NCBI GenBank assembly: GCA_963667015.2
Contig: CAXXJJ010000004.1
Location: 1,408,001-1,472,000 of the forward strand
From: Desulfatiglandales bacterium
GTDB taxonomy: Bacteria; Desulfobacterota; DSM-4660; Desulfatiglandales; HGW-15
Direction: 5' to 3'
DNA: 64,000 bases
Both the position numbers and the translations under genes were made by a program. Numbering within the stretch: position 1 is the stretch's first letter; each line of letters opens with the position of its first letter. Shown here one piece after another: positions 62,524 to 64,000 of this stretch. A model generated the notes under the pieces. The model saw nothing but the letters and a program-made list of their open reading frames with translations, was not told where the DNA came from and made no database searches.

Positions 62524-64000
62524 CTATTTTAGCTTACATTCAAAATTAGCTGCATCATCCGTGCTTCCGGAACCTTTGTATACCGCTACCTCAGGATAGG
62601 GGCAAAGGGGACGGGACATCTGTTTCTGGTTCGGGTTCATCGGATTGCCAGCAGGAGTGCTTGCAATGATTTTATCCGGGGACTTTCCTTCTGTTACCCA
62701 GGTGTCTATTACAGAAAGCATATCAACAACACTGGGTCCATTTCCACCTGAACAATGTCCCATGCCGGGGATCAGGAAGAGCCTTACAGAATCTGCAGAC
62801 TTATCCCTGTCCATATCCGCAATCATAGTTTTATAAAAAGTGATTGTATTTTGGGGAGGAATTAGTCCGTCGGCCCATCCGTGTGAAAGGAGAAGTTTTC
62901 CTCCGCCATTTATGAATTTTGAAAGCCCGTCAGCCGGTACATCCAGGATATCACTACCTGCCTTGTATGATGCTTCAAGGTCTTTGTCATAGTCAAAGGA
63001 TTTAAAATCCCAGGCAGGATCTCCAAACACAAGATCCCTGAAATAGGAAGTCGCTCCGCCAAAGGGTTCAGGTCCGCCTGCCAGCATGACAAGCATCTGT
63101 TCGCTTCCCGGTGTAAAACCGGAAAATACCGGTTCTCCGGTCCGGGGATTCTTTACACCACCATAGATATCCTCAAGGGCTTCAACTTGTGCGGCTGTTA
63201 AACAGCCTTCTGTTTTATCATCACTGCATTCAAGGATTTCAGGGCTGTAGCTGCACATCTCCGGCCAGGAAGCAATCCCGTCCAGGACCCCGTCGACTTT
63301 ATCACATTTATCAATATATGCCTTGTTTGAAAGCATAAGCTGAGCCGGGGTGAGTTTATGGTCATCATCCCTTAGGGCCGCATACCCTGACCATAACGAT
63401 CCTATCATAAGGCCTACCATTGGATTGGCCGGGGCCATTGATGAGATGCCGTCAAAATCATCAGGATACCGGTAGGCTGCCATGAGTCCCTGCCTTCCGC
63501 CTGTTGAACAGCTCACCCAGAATGATTTATCCTCTTTTTTACCATAATATTCAGCCAGAATATCTTTAGCCTTTACCGTCATTTCATGCACGGCACGATG
63601 CCCGAAATCCACCAGCTTTTCTTTATGACCAACTGCCCATTTGACATCCATGCCGCTTCCAGAATGTCCTGTATCTGTTGCTACGGCAGCATATCCTTTT
63701 GATACAGGTTCTGCCATTGCTGAATGACCTATAGTGCCTGCCCATACCCCGTTTCCAACACCAACAAGCTTTCCGTTCCAGTTATCCTTCGGCATCCAGA
63801 CTTCTATCTTTATGTCGGAATCGGACGTCGGAGTAAGTGTAGCGGTCACCCGGCAAAAGGCGGGGGTATTTTGAAAGGGATTTATTCCGCCGGGGCCTCC
63901 CATCATAAAACCTGCGGCCGGCGGTTTAAACTGACCTGCCTCAACAATAGATGCAGAATCAATCTTTCCATCTTTTATCTTAAGAGACGCAAGGCTCTCA
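62524..64000 (-). CDS. Tannase/feruloyl-esterase-family hydrolase, start lies beyond the window end
   Basis: FCRV, TDTGH, SCSTGGRQG, HGWAD, PGMGHC, RPLCPYP. The frame stays open to the window edge. Confidence 0.92.
   Translation of the reverse strand, partial: ESLASLKIKDGKIDSASIVEAGQFKPPAAGFMMGGPGGINPFQNTPAFCRVTATLTPTSDSDIKIEVWMPKDNWNGKLVGVGNGVWAGTIGHSAMAEPVSKGYAAVATDTGHSGSGMDVKWAVGHKEKLVDFGHRAVHEMTVKAKDILAEYYGKKEDKSFWVSCSTGGRQGLMAAYRYPDDFDGISSMAPANPMVGLMIGSLWSGYAALRDDDHKLTPAQLMLSNKAYIDKCDKVDGVLDGIASWPEMCSYSPEILECSDDKTEGCLTAAQVEALEDIYGGVKNPRTGEPVFSGFTPGSEQMLVMLAGGPEPFGGATSYFRDLVFGDPAWDFKSFDYDKDLEASYKAGSDILDVPADGLSKFINGGGKLLLSHGWADGLIPPQNTITFYKTMIADMDRDKSADSVRLFLIPGMGHCSGGNGPSVVDMLSVIDTWVTEGKSPDKIIASTPAGNPMNPNQKQMSRPLCPYPEVAVYKGSGSTDDAANFECKLK

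Overview
Gene content (qrcABCD, single-subunit PFOR, fhs, pilMNOPQ, IHF, tsaE-lysC) points to an anaerobic Desulfobacterota-like (deltaproteobacterial) chromosome; this is inferred from gene families only. Positions 1-51.3 kb are mostly housekeeping, energy and signalling genes plus two tRNAs. The main accessory region is 51.5-58 kb. It holds a PIN toxin-antitoxin pair followed by an integron cassette array with no integrase in the window (CALIN-like: six cassettes, six attC sites read by hand). Two different attC-targeting mobile elements sit in this array. An intact IS110/IS1111-type element lies in attC1, and its 630-nt non-coding end carries candidate bridge/seek-RNA guide segments matching the attC target. 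A decayed group IIC intron lies in attC6. One cassette has no convincing gene and carries two hairpins, and another encodes a nucleotide-cyclase-like protein. Other oddities are a very acidic RomR/PopZ-like protein upstream of valS, a 1395-aa PPDK-like protein lacking the pyruvate-binding domain paired with a divergent GAPDH, and a long terminator-containing leader before rpsU. All calls come from reading the sequence and motifs; no searches were run.
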